Part shown: piece by piece, positions 55,402-64,000 of the stretch
Numbering within the stretch: the stretch's first letter is position 1
Layout of the letters: every line of letters starts with the position of its first letter
NCBI GenBank assembly: GCA_963749075.1
Contig: CAVVLJ010000016.1
Location: forward strand, 480,001 to 544,000
Source: an uncultured Pseudomonadota bacterium
GTDB lineage: Bacteria > Pseudomonadota > Alphaproteobacteria > JACZXZ01
Reading direction: 5' to 3'
Length of the DNA: 64,000 nt
Translations under genes and position numbers: made by a program
Notes under the pieces: generated by a model
What the model was told of the DNA's origin: nothing
Seen by the model: the letters and a program-made list of their open reading frames with translations, nothing else
Database searches by the model: none

Positions 55402-55760
55402 CCCTTGTGCTGCGCCCCGTCCGGCGCACCGAGCGCCAGCATCGCCTCGGCCGGAGTCTCGAACACCCGCACGACGTAGGAGAAGCGGCTGATCGCGAAG
55501 ATCTCCCTGACCACCGGCCGCAGCCCGGTCACGGCCAGTCGGCCGCCCTTCGCCTTCGATTGCCGGGCTCCCGCCATGAGGGCGCGCAGGCCGGCACTCG
55601 ACATGTACTCCACCCCGGCCAGGTCGACCAGCACGGCGGCACCCTCGGCACCGACGGCGGCGAGCAGCCTGCTCTGGAAGTCCGGGCTGGTGTCGTTGTC
55701 GACGCGGCCCTCCGGGCTCAGCACCACCACGCCGCTCTGCCGCCGCTCAGCGATCTCCAC
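55398..55760 (-). CDS. STAS anti-anti-sigma factor
   Basis: GRVD, VDLAGVEYMSSAGLRAL. Confidence 0.9.
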   Translation of the reverse strand: MEIAERRQSGVVVLSPEGRVDNDTSPDFQSRLLAAVGAEGAAVLVDLAGVEYMSSAGLRALMAGARQSKAKGGRLAVTGLRPVVREIFAISRFSYVVRVFETPAEAMLALGAPDGAQHKG

Positions 55761-55940
55761 GGCCTCCCCCTCGGCACTTTGCCCCGGCGCACCCCTGGGC
55801 GCATCTCCGGCCGGCCAATTCTCGACGGTTCTTCGGTCTTATACAAGCGCGCGGCTCAGATTTCGGCGGGCTCGCCACAGCAGCCCCGGGCGGCGGAGGG
55901 GTGCCGCCGGGGGTGCTTGCATCGCGCTGGCGCGGCGCCG

Positions 55941-57185
55941 TTATTTCCAGCCCTTCATCGGCCATTCGAGCTTGGCGGTCGCCCACTTCTGCGGCCAGAC
56001 CGCCTTGTATTCGCTGCCTTGCAGCTGGATGAGATAGGTCGCCGCGAGGGTGTTCTGGCCGCTCGTGTCGAACTTGACGCCGCGGTAGCCGATCATGAGC
56101 TGCCCGGGCTTGAGATCGGTCGCCGCGAGGGCCTTCTGGATCTTATCGGGCGCCGTCGAGCCGGCGCGGTTGATGGCGTCCGCCAAGACGAGGAAGCCCT
56201 GCATCCAGCGCGCGCTGGTGTCGTCCATCTCGCGGCCGGTCTTCGCCTTGTACATCTCGTTGATGCGGTAGCTGGCGCTGCCGGGCTTGCCGACCGACCA
56301 GGCGCTGCGGTTCATGACGCCTTGCACGATGCTGCCGACCGCGGGCACGAAGGACGGATCGGAGAAGCCGGCATCGTCGCCGATGATCATTGGCGGCAGG
56401 TAGCCGAGCTCCTTCATCGTCTTCATGTAGAGGATGGCGTCCGAGGTGTAGCTCACGAAGATCACCACGTCGGGGTTCTTCTCCTTGAGCTGCAGGACCT
56501 GCGCGGATACGTCGGCGCCGTTGGCGTTGTACGGTATCTGAGCCGCCACGTTGAGGCCGACCCGCTTCGCCGCCTCGAGAATGCTGCCGGCGACGGAGGT
56601 GCCGTAGTCGGTGTTCTCGTTGACCACCGCGATGCTGTCGATCTTCCTCCCCTCATGCTTGAGCTCGCTCAGGAACTCGGTATAGGCCTTGGCGAAGTCG
56701 CTGGCGATCGGCCCCGTGCGGAAGACCCACTTGAAGCCGCGCTGGGTGATGTTGAGCGCCACCGAATCGGCGACCAGGAACGGAATGCCGTAGCGCTCGG
56801 AGGCCGCCGTCGCGGTCAGCGCCACCGACGAGTGATAGGCGCCGAGCATCGCCACCACATGCTCCTGGGTGATCAGGCGGACGGTCTCGCTCTGGCCGAC
56901 CACCGGATTGCCCTGGTGGTCGACGCTGATGAGCTCGATCTTGGCGCCGCCGAGCGCGGGCAGCCCGGCCGCGGGTCCGAGCGGGATGGTTGCGAGCTCC
57001 GGATGCGCCTCGTTGACGATCGCGGCGCCGACCTCGACGGCGTCCTTGGCGGCCTTGCCGGCCGCGGCGGCATTGCCGGTGAGCGGGTAGATGACGCCGA
57101 TCTTGACCGCATCCGCGGCATGCGCAGGTGCGGCGAGCGCTGCTGCGGCAAATGCCGCGGCCACGATGCGAGCTCTCATCCTCAT
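55941..57185 (-). CDS. Branched-chain amino acid-type ABC substrate-binding protein
   Basis: Signal peptide; KIGVIYPLTG, GAYHSS, ENTDYG. Confidence 0.85.
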   Translation of the reverse strand: MRMRARIVAAAFAAAALAAPAHAADAVKIGVIYPLTGNAAAAGKAAKDAVEVGAAIVNEAHPELATIPLGPAAGLPALGGAKIELISVDHQGNPVVGQSETVRLITQEHVVAMLGAYHSSVALTATAASERYGIPFLVADSVALNITQRGFKWVFRTGPIASDFAKAYTEFLSELKHEGRKIDSIAVVNENTDYGTSVAGSILEAAKRVGLNVAAQIPYNANGADVSAQVLQLKEKNPDVVIFVSYTSDAILYMKTMKELGYLPPMIIGDDAGFSDPSFVPAVGSIVQGVMNRSAWSVGKPGSASYRINEMYKAKTGREMDDTSARWMQGFLVLADAINRAGSTAPDKIQKALAATDLKPGQLMIGYRGVKFDTSGQNTLAATYLIQLQGSEYKAVWPQKWATAKLEWPMKGWK

Positions 57186-57336
57186 GCGATCCTCCCTGTC
57201 GTCCGGCTTTGTGCGGGTTATGGCCTCCGAGGCCTGCCTTGCGGCCTTGCCGGATCGCGCGAGCTTAACGGGATTCGGCCTCCCCGGCCATAGCGCAGCC
57301 GGAGCGGAGCCGAGCGCAGCGGGAGCTCGACCCGCC

Positions 57337-60105
57337 TCAGCCGCTGTTGCGCAATCCCGCGGCGAGTCCGTTGATGGTGAGCCGGATGCCTTCCAAGACC
57401 CGCTCGTCGCCATCGCCGGCGCGGTGGCGCTTCAGGAGCTCGATCTGCACGTGGTTCAAGGGATCGAGGTAGGGAAAGCGGTTGCGGATGGAGCGTGCCA
57501 GGAGCGGATTGCGCTCGAGGAGCGTCTTTTGCTCCATGACGTCCAAGAGGCCATCGACCGCGTCCTGCCACTCGGCGCGCAGCCGCGGAAAGACCGCCTC
57601 GCTGAGCGCCGCGTCGCCGACGAGCTCCGCATAGCGCGAGGCGATCGCGATGTCGCTCTTGGCCAGCACCATGTCCATGTTGGAGAGGAGGCTCTGGAAG
57701 AACGGCCACTCGCGATACATGGCCCGCAGCATGGCGAGGCCGTCGTGCGGACGGGCGGCGCACCAGGCCTTCACCGCGGCGCCGAAGCCGTACCAGCCCG
57801 GCAGCATGAGCCGGCACTGGGCCCAGCCGAAGACCCAGGGGATCGCCCTCAGGTCCTCGATGCGCGTCGATTTCCGCCGCGAGGCGGGCCGGCTGCCGAT
57901 ATGGAGGTTGGCGATCTCGCCGACGACGGTCGTCTCCCAGAAGTAGCGCTCGAAGCCGGGCGTCTCGTAGACCAGGCCGCGATAGCTCCTGTAGGCGTGG
58001 GCCGAGAGCTCCTCCATCGCGGCGAGATAGGCCTCGCGGGGGGCGGCTTCGCGAGGCTGCAGCAGTGTCGCCTCGAGGGTCGCGGCGGCGAGTATCTCGA
58101 GATTGCGCCGGCCCACTTCGGGGTTGCCGTATTTCGCGGCGATCACCTCGCCCTGCTCGGTGATGCGGATGGCGCCCTCGACGGCACCGCCCGGCTGCGC
58201 GAGGATCGCCTGGTAGCTCGGGCCGCCGCCGCGCCCGACCGAGCCGCCGCGGCCGTGGAAGAGACGCAGCCTCACGCCGCGGCGCCGGAACGCCTCGATC
58301 AACGCGATCTCCGCCTTGTAGAGCTCCCAGCCGGAGGTGAGGAAGCCGCCGTCCTTGTTGCTGTCGGAGTAGCCGAGCATCACCTCCTGAGCGTTTCCGC
58401 GGCTGCCGAGGAGGCGCCGGTATGCGGGGAGTGCCAAGAGCTCGTCCATCAGCCGGGCGCAGTTGCGCAAATCATCGATGGTCTCGAAGAGCGGCACGAT
58501 GTTCACGTCGAGCTCGCCCGCGTGGGGCCTGAGGAGACCGGTCTCCTTGAGCAGCAGCGCCACCTCGAGCACGTCGGAAACGCTGTCGGCCTTGGAGATG
58601 ACGCAATTGGGCACCGCCGCCTTGCCGTATTGGCGCAGCGCCTCGGCGGCGGCGCGGAAGATCGCCAGCTCCGAGGCGGTCTCCGCCGAATAGGCGAGGA
58701 AGGGCGAGGCGAGGGGGCGAGGCGTCTCGAGCTCTTCGAGGAGGAGGGCCGTGCGCCCTGCCTCGGCGAGCTTGCCATAGGCCGTGCCCGGCCGCGTGCT
58801 CTCGAAGAGCTCGCCCACCGTACGCTCGTGCACGTCCGAATTCTGCCTCAGATCGATGCCCGCCAAGTGGAATCCGAAGACGTTGACCGCGCGGCGCAAG
58901 CTGCGCAGCCGGCCGCGCGCCAGCGCCGCCGATCCGTTGGCGGCAAGCGAGCGGCCGATGACGTCGAGGTCGGCGCGCAATTCGCCGGCCTCGCCATAGG
59001 GCGGCGCCTCGCCCACCGCATGGCGTGCCACCTCGAGCTGGTCGAGCGTGCGTGCGGTCGCGGCAAGCCGCGCATAGAGGCCGGCGATGGCGCGCCGGTA
59101 GGGTTCCTCGCGGCGGTGTGCCGAGGTATCGGGCGAGCGCGCGGCCAAGGCCTCGAGCTCGCCGGATACCTCGACAAGGCGCCCGTCGAGCGAAAGCTCG
59201 CCGCCCAGGAGGTGCAGCTCCTCGAGATAGAAGCTCAAGGCGCGCCCGCTCTGGAGACGCAGCGCCTGCTTGAGCGCCCCGGCCGTGACGAAGGGATTAC
59301 CGTCCCGGTCGCCGCCGATCCAGCTTCCCATGCGGAGGAAGGAGGGCAGCTCCATGCCGGCGCACGCCGGCTCGGCGGCGGCGAGCTGGTCCTCCAGTGC
59401 CGCATAGAAGCGCGGCAGCTCGCTCAAGAAGGTCTGGTCGTAATGGGAGAGGGCGTTCGCCACCTCGTCGGCGACGGCGAGCTCGCTGCGGCGGAGGATG
59501 CTGGTCTGCCAGAGCGTGAGCACGGCGCGGCGCAACGCCTCCTCGACCGCCGCTTCCTCCTCCGGCGTGAGCGCTCCGCGGTCGCGCGCCTCGAGCAGCC
59601 GCGCCACCTCCATCTCGCGCTCGATGGTGCTCTTGCGCCGCACCTCGGTCGGGTGGGCGGTGAGGACGGGGCTGACCAGGGCGTCTCTGAAAAACGCCGC
59701 GAGCCGGTCGGGTGGAATCGCCGCTTCGCGGGCGCGGGCGAGCGCGTGGGCGATGCTGCCTTCGCGCGGCGCCGAGGCGAGGAGCGCGTGGGCGCGCGTG
59801 CGGCGGATGTGATGGCGGTCCTCGGCGATGTTGGCCAGGTGCGAGAAGTAGCTGAAGGCGCGGATGATCCGGATGGTCTCGCCGGGCGGCAGGCTGTTCA
59901 GCACCAGGGCAAGCTCGTGGCGAGCCGTCTCATCCTCGTCGCGGCGGAAGCGCACCGAGGTCCGGCGGATGCGCTCGACGGTCGCGAAGACCGCCTCGCC
60001 CTCCTGCTCGCGCACCGTGTCGCCGAGGATGCGCCCGAGCAGGCGGATGTCGTCGCGCAGCGGCAGGTCCTTGTCGGGGACCTCGTGCGGACTGAGCGCC
60101 GTCAT
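57337..60105 (-). CDS. ppc: Phosphoenolpyruvate carboxylase
   Basis: [64 protein letters not shown]. Confidence 0.97.
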   Translation of the reverse strand: MTALSPHEVPDKDLPLRDDIRLLGRILGDTVREQEGEAVFATVERIRRTSVRFRRDEDETARHELALVLNSLPPGETIRIIRAFSYFSHLANIAEDRHHIRRTRAHALLASAPREGSIAHALARAREAAIPPDRLAAFFRDALVSPVLTAHPTEVRRKSTIEREMEVARLLEARDRGALTPEEEAAVEEALRRAVLTLWQTSILRRSELAVADEVANALSHYDQTFLSELPRFYAALEDQLAAAEPACAGMELPSFLRMGSWIGGDRDGNPFVTAGALKQALRLQSGRALSFYLEELHLLGGELSLDGRLVEVSGELEALAARSPDTSAHRREEPYRRAIAGLYARLAATARTLDQLEVARHAVGEAPPYGEAGELRADLDVIGRSLAANGSAALARGRLRSLRRAVNVFGFHLAGIDLRQNSDVHERTVGELFESTRPGTAYGKLAEAGRTALLLEELETPRPLASPFLAYSAETASELAIFRAAAEALRQYGKAAVPNCVISKADSVSDVLEVALLLKETGLLRPHAGELDVNIVPLFETIDDLRNCARLMDELLALPAYRRLLGSRGNAQEVMLGYSDSNKDGGFLTSGWELYKAEIALIEAFRRRGVRLRLFHGRGGSVGRGGGPSYQAILAQPGGAVEGAIRITEQGEVIAAKYGNPEVGRRNLEILAAATLEATLLQPREAAPREAYLAAMEELSAHAYRSYRGLVYETPGFERYFWETTVVGEIANLHIGSRPASRRKSTRIEDLRAIPWVFGWAQCRLMLPGWYGFGAAVKAWCAARPHDGLAMLRAMYREWPFFQSLLSNMDMVLAKSDIAIASRYAELVGDAALSEAVFPRLRAEWQDAVDGLLDVMEQKTLLERNPLLARSIRNRFPYLDPLNHVQIELLKRHRAGDGDERVLEGIRLTINGLAAGLRNSG

Positions 60106-60332
60106 GACTCGCACGCGTCCGCCGCGGCCGCGCGGCATGCGCGGCACGGCGCTGCGCTTAAGCGGTTGACGGCCTTGCGAAGAACGATGAGCATGACCCC
60201 CTCGTCGACGAGTGTTGCATGGGGTCGCCGGAGCGGCCAACCGAATATTGGCAAAGCGCCTCGGGAGTGCCCAATGCTCCTCGTCCGCAGCCGTTCGGCG
60301 CGCGCCGCGCTCGACAAGGGGAGTGATGCCCG

Positions 60333-61091
60333 ATGCCGCGTCTTAGCGATTTCACCACGCTCACCTTCGACTGCTACGGCACGCTCATCGATTGGGAGCG
60401 CGGCATCTTGGCCGAGCTCAGGCCCTGGGCGGCGCGGCACGGCTTGGCGGTCGGCGACGACGCCTTGCTCGAGGCGTTCGGCGCCGCCGAATCCCGCGCC
60501 GAGGCGGAGACCCCGGGAAAGCTCTACCCCGCGATCCTCGCGGACGTGCTGCAGGTGCTTGCCCGGCAGTGGTCCGTGCCGACGGATGACGCGGAGGCGG
60601 CGGCCTTCGGCGGCTCGGTCGGGCGCTGGCCGGCCTTTGCCGACAGTCCGGCGGCGCTGCAATATTTGAAGCGCCACTACAAGCTCGTCATCGTCTCGAA
60701 CGTGGACCGCGCCTCCTTCGCCGAGAGCCGCGAGCGGCTCGGCGTCGCCTTCGACCGCGTCATCACGGCGGAGGACGTGGGCTCCTACAAGCCGGACCTG
60801 CGCAATTTCGAGTACGCGCTCAATGACATCAAGGAGGCCCTCGGCGTCGAGCCGCACGAGGTGCTGCACACGGCGCAGAGCATCTACCACGACATCGTGC
60901 CGGCGAAATCGCTCGGCCTCGCCACCATGTGGATCAACCGGCGCAAGGGCCGCGGCGGCTGGGGTGCCACGCCGGCGCCCGGCGGCGGCGGCCGCGCGGC
61001 AAAACCGGATTTCGAGGCCGCCAGCCTTGCGGATTTCGTGGTACTCCACGAGTTGCGCGAGGCCACGCCGCCGCGCGGGAGCGGCCCGTGA
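60333..61091 (+). CDS. HAD-family hydrolase (haloacid dehalogenase type II-like)
   Basis: [28 protein letters not shown]. Confidence 0.9.
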   Translation: MPRLSDFTTLTFDCYGTLIDWERGILAELRPWAARHGLAVGDDALLEAFGAAESRAEAETPGKLYPAILADVLQVLARQWSVPTDDAEAAAFGGSVGRWPAFADSPAALQYLKRHYKLVIVSNVDRASFAESRERLGVAFDRVITAEDVGSYKPDLRNFEYALNDIKEALGVEPHEVLHTAQSIYHDIVPAKSLGLATMWINRRKGRGGWGATPAPGGGGRAAKPDFEAASLADFVVLHELREATPPRGSGP

Positions 61092-61711
61092 GCACCTTTG
61101 CACCCGCGTTGGCGCCGGCGCTGGCACTCGCTTTCTTCCCGCTCGCGGCATGGGCGGAGGCGAAACCGCTCCTCGAGAAGATCGAGGCTGTCACCTTTTC
61201 GGCCGAGCTCAGCGATAGCGAGGCGAAGGATTGTCCGGTCGACCTCAAGGACGTGGCGTCGACGATCAAGTTCTACGGCGGCCAGTCGCGGCTGCGCTGG
61301 TACGACCTCGACGAGGCACGCGCGCGATTGCGCAACGCGCCGGCCGGCGAGAAAGAGCCGCCGCCGCCCTCCCTTTCGGCCGACCAGCGCGCGTGGGACG
61401 GCTGGCTCGCGGGGCGCGAGGCCCTGCAGCGCGAGCACGACCGCAAGTTCGCCCTCCCGCTCTTCGAGCTCACCGTCTATCCGACGCGCTCGGGCGGCGA
61501 CTGCACGGCCTTCGTCCACGTGGGCGTCAGCGCCCCCTTGCGCGGCGCGCACATCGCCGAGACCGGCGTCTCCTTCAACGGCAGCGCCGAGATCTGGGAC
61601 AAATATTACTATCTCAAAGGCACTGCCGACTCCTTCGCCGGCCAGGTCAAGGAGGCGGCGGAGCGCGCGGTGCGCGATTTCGTGAACGACTGGAACGACA
61701 GCAATCGCTGA
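61088..61711 (+). CDS. Hypothetical exported protein
   Basis: GTGA overlap; signal-peptide-like N-terminus (AAWA-E); host-like codon usage. Confidence 0.55.
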   Translation: MSTFAPALAPALALAFFPLAAWAEAKPLLEKIEAVTFSAELSDSEAKDCPVDLKDVASTIKFYGGQSRLRWYDLDEARARLRNAPAGEKEPPPPSLSADQRAWDGWLAGREALQREHDRKFALPLFELTVYPTRSGGDCTAFVHVGVSAPLRGAHIAETGVSFNGSAEIWDKYYYLKGTADSFAGQVKEAAERAVRDFVNDWNDSNR

Positions 61712-61763
61712 GGCCCCGAGGGCCGCGGCCCGAAGCGCCGAGGCGAGGGCGGGAAGGAGAGCC

Positions 61764-62696
61764 GTGCAATTGGCGGCGGCGACGCGGGGCTTCGGCGTGC
61801 CCGCGGGTTCCTTCTCGGCCGAGGTCGCGGCGGTCTATCGCGGCGCCTGTCTCATGGCGCTCGACGACGGCGCGCTCGTGACGCTCGCCGTCCGTGAGCT
61901 CGGCAGCCTGCCGCACGGCTTTTCCCTCAAGCGCGCGCGCGGCTTCGACTTCAGGGGCAGGCTCCTTCGCGGCATGCCCGCGAGTGCCAGAGGCGGCGTG
62001 CTGCGCTTTGCCGGCTCGGCGCTTGCCGTCGACCTCCGCCCGGCGCGCCCATGGCGGAGCAACCTTGCCGGCCTCGGCTTGACGCTCGACCATGCGGCGC
62101 AACAGGGTGCCTGGCAGGCCGCCCACGACGAGCTCGCGCGCGACGGACGAGCCGCGGACTTCGCCGTGGCTGCCGGGCAGCAGATCGCGGAGCTCTCGGC
62201 CACGGCCCGCGCGCTCGACGCCGGACGCACCATGGCGGCCGCCGGCCGCCTCATCGGCCTGGGCAAGGGCTCGACGCCCGCGGGCGACGATTTGCTCGTG
62301 GGCTTCCTTGCCGGCCTGTGGGCGAGCGCCGCTGCGGAACCCGCGCGCAGCACCTTCCTCTCGAGGCTCCACGGTCCGCTCGGCGAGGCGGCGGCGCGCA
62401 CCAGCCGCTTGAGCCGCCTCTATCTCATGGCGGCGGCGGCGGGCGAGGTGTCGGAGCGCCTGACGCGCTTAGCTGCGGCCGTGGCCGCGGGCGCCGCCGA
62501 GCCGCTCGCGCGCGCTCGCACGCGCCGGGCGCTCGCCGTCGGCCACAGCTCGGGCGCCTCGGGCGTGCTCGGCTTCCTCGCGGCGAGTGCCGCCTTCTCG
62601 CCCGCCGCTATGCTGCGTCTCGGCCTGGCACCTTACGTCGCCGCTGCCTCCTCGCGCATGCCGACCACCAGGCAGATTAGGCCGAGCAGCACGTAG
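61764..62696 (+). CDS. DUF2877-like protein
   Basis: LIGLGKGSTPAGDDLLVG and VGHSSG motifs. Confidence 0.7.
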   Translation: MQLAAATRGFGVPAGSFSAEVAAVYRGACLMALDDGALVTLAVRELGSLPHGFSLKRARGFDFRGRLLRGMPASARGGVLRFAGSALAVDLRPARPWRSNLAGLGLTLDHAAQQGAWQAAHDELARDGRAADFAVAAGQQIAELSATARALDAGRTMAAAGRLIGLGKGSTPAGDDLLVGFLAGLWASAAAEPARSTFLSRLHGPLGEAAARTSRLSRLYLMAAAAGEVSERLTRLAAAVAAGAAEPLARARTRRALAVGHSSGASGVLGFLAASAAFSPAAMLRLGLAPYVAAASSRMPTTRQIRPSST

Positions 62697-64000
62697 CCGA
62701 GCGCCACCATCGGCGAGGCGCCCACCGCGAGCTGCAGGCCGTGGATGAAGCCGAAGTACGAGAGCACGGCGCCGGCAAAGGCGTAGATCGTCGCCTTCTT
62801 GAACTGGCGGTCGATGATGAAGGCGGCAATGGCGCCGAGGATGAGGCCAGCGAGCACGGCACCGCCGCCGAGCAGCTGCATCCCGCGGTAGACGACGCCA
62901 GAGCCCATCAGTTTGTCGAGGCCGACCTTGTCCGCCGAGGTGCCGGCGGCATTGAGCGCGCCGTCGATCTGGATCTGCCCCCAGGCGGCGATGTTGGGGA
63001 TGATGGCGAGGACCACGGCCGGGGCGTGCTTGGACGGGCTCGCCTGGAAGGCCTGGGCACCGATCACGAGACCGATATAGAGAAGGATCGGCAGGATGGC
63101 GACGAGGGGCACCACGGCGAGGAGGAAGGCCGTGAGCCCGAGGAAGCAGACGAGTGCTATGACGACGCCCGTCGCGAGCGAATAGCCGATGCGGCCGCCG
63201 ACCGCCTTCCAGCCCGGATGGCCGATATAGACCGCCGGCGGGAAGGGGCTGCCGAGGATGGAGCCCACCACGGCGCCCACTCCGTCGGCAAGGAGGATGT
63301 GGCGCAGGTTGTAGCTGTCCCCGGCGGCAGAGGCACTCTCGACGTTGTTCATGCCCTCGGTGAAGTTATAGATGCCGAGCGGGATGGCGGTGACGAGGAG
63401 CGGCCCGATGTCGGAGAGCCCGGAGAACACATCGCCGCTCGGCCACGGCAGATAGAGGCCGAATTGCCCGAGTGCTGCGTGGACCTCGGCTGCCTTGACC
63501 ACGTCGCTCCAGCCGAAGGCCGAGACCACCCAGGCGATCACCGTGCCGACGATGACGGCGGCGAGCCCGCCCGGAATGCCGAAGGGCAGGCGCACGTTGG
63601 CGGTCCAGCTGATCAGCACGATGCCGAGCGAGACGAAGGAGATCCACGGCAGCTCCCACATCTGGAAGGCGGGCCGCATCGAGATGAAGGCGATCGAGAT
63701 GCCGGCGAGCGTTCCCAGCATCGCCGCGCGCGGCGTGAAGCGGCGCACGGCGGGTCCCACGAAGGCGCCGAGCAGCACGATGATGCCGATGATGAAGGCC
63801 CAGGCGAGGCCGGCGCGCCAGGCGAGGAGCGCATCGTGGGTCTTGAGGTAGACCGGCAGCATGATCACGAAGACGACGATGAACATGTGCGGCACGCTCG
63901 GCCCGTAGGGCATGGCCGCCACGTCGCTACGGCGCTCCGCCCGGGCGAGCCGGTAGGCGAGATAGGCGTAATAGAGATTGCCGATCGGCAGCGCTATGCC
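62633..64000 (-). CDS. Nucleobase (xanthine/uracil) permease-like membrane protein, 5'-partial
   Basis: Many TMs; PYGPSVPH, TPRAAMLGTLAG, NNVESA..AGD, VYIGHPGWK; frame continues to the window end. Confidence 0.8.
   Translation of the reverse strand, partial: GIALPIGNLYYAYLAYRLARAERRSDVAAMPYGPSVPHMFIVVFVIMLPVYLKTHDALLAWRAGLAWAFIIGIIVLLGAFVGPAVRRFTPRAAMLGTLAGISIAFISMRPAFQMWELPWISFVSLGIVLISWTANVRLPFGIPGGLAAVIVGTVIAWVVSAFGWSDVVKAAEVHAALGQFGLYLPWPSGDVFSGLSDIGPLLVTAIPLGIYNFTEGMNNVESASAAGDSYNLRHILLADGVGAVVGSILGSPFPPAVYIGHPGWKAVGGRIGYSLATGVVIALVCFLGLTAFLLAVVPLVAILPILLYIGLVIGAQAFQASPSKHAPAVVLAIIPNIAAWGQIQIDGALNAAGTSADKVGLDKLMGSGVVYRGMQLLGGGAVLAGLILGAIAAFIIDRQFKKATIYAFAGAVLSYFGFIHGLQLAVGASPMVALGYVLLGLICLVVGMREEAAAT

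Noticed and set aside
57091-60669. 1192-aa plus-strand ORF
   Set aside because: Antisense shadow of ppc; no motifs

Overview
High-GC bacterial DNA, probably alphaproteobacterial (inferred from gene content and REP-like hairpins). Positions 1-39.2 kb hold a co-oriented phage-like morphogenesis and lysis region: head protease/scaffold, major capsid, neck, sheath, tube, G/GT chaperones, hub, spike, PAAR, wedge, fibres, holin/endolysin/spanins and a terminator. No conventional long tape-measure gene is visible. The structural operon is interrupted by cassettes that look like effector-immunity modules. (i) A duplicated array of four Rap1a/Tai-like immunity genes follows the capsid gene. (ii) Two paralogous exported immunity-like genes and a toxin-like gene sit in the tape-measure slot. 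(iii) Three mosaic paralogous pairs of [exported inhibitor-like protein + lysozyme-like/LysM protein] flank the hub and spike genes. All four effector-like proteins share a gap-free C-terminal heptad motif that may be a particle-loading signal. My leading hypothesis is a domesticated, capsid-retaining contractile phage particle that delivers polymorphic cell-envelope toxins. The alternative is diversified tail lysozymes with Spackle-like superinfection-exclusion inhibitors. Further inserts are an AT-richer TIGR04255-like three-gene island next to an orphan hicB and a methyltransferase/glycosyltransferase pair. Positions 39.3-64 kb are host metabolism and signalling: amidohydrolase, ABC transporter, Mo-hydroxylase, TPP enzyme, IclR, a partner-switching module, ppc, HAD hydrolase and a permease. 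Several single-base frameshifts look like sequencing errors. All family calls come from motif recognition by eye; no searches were run.
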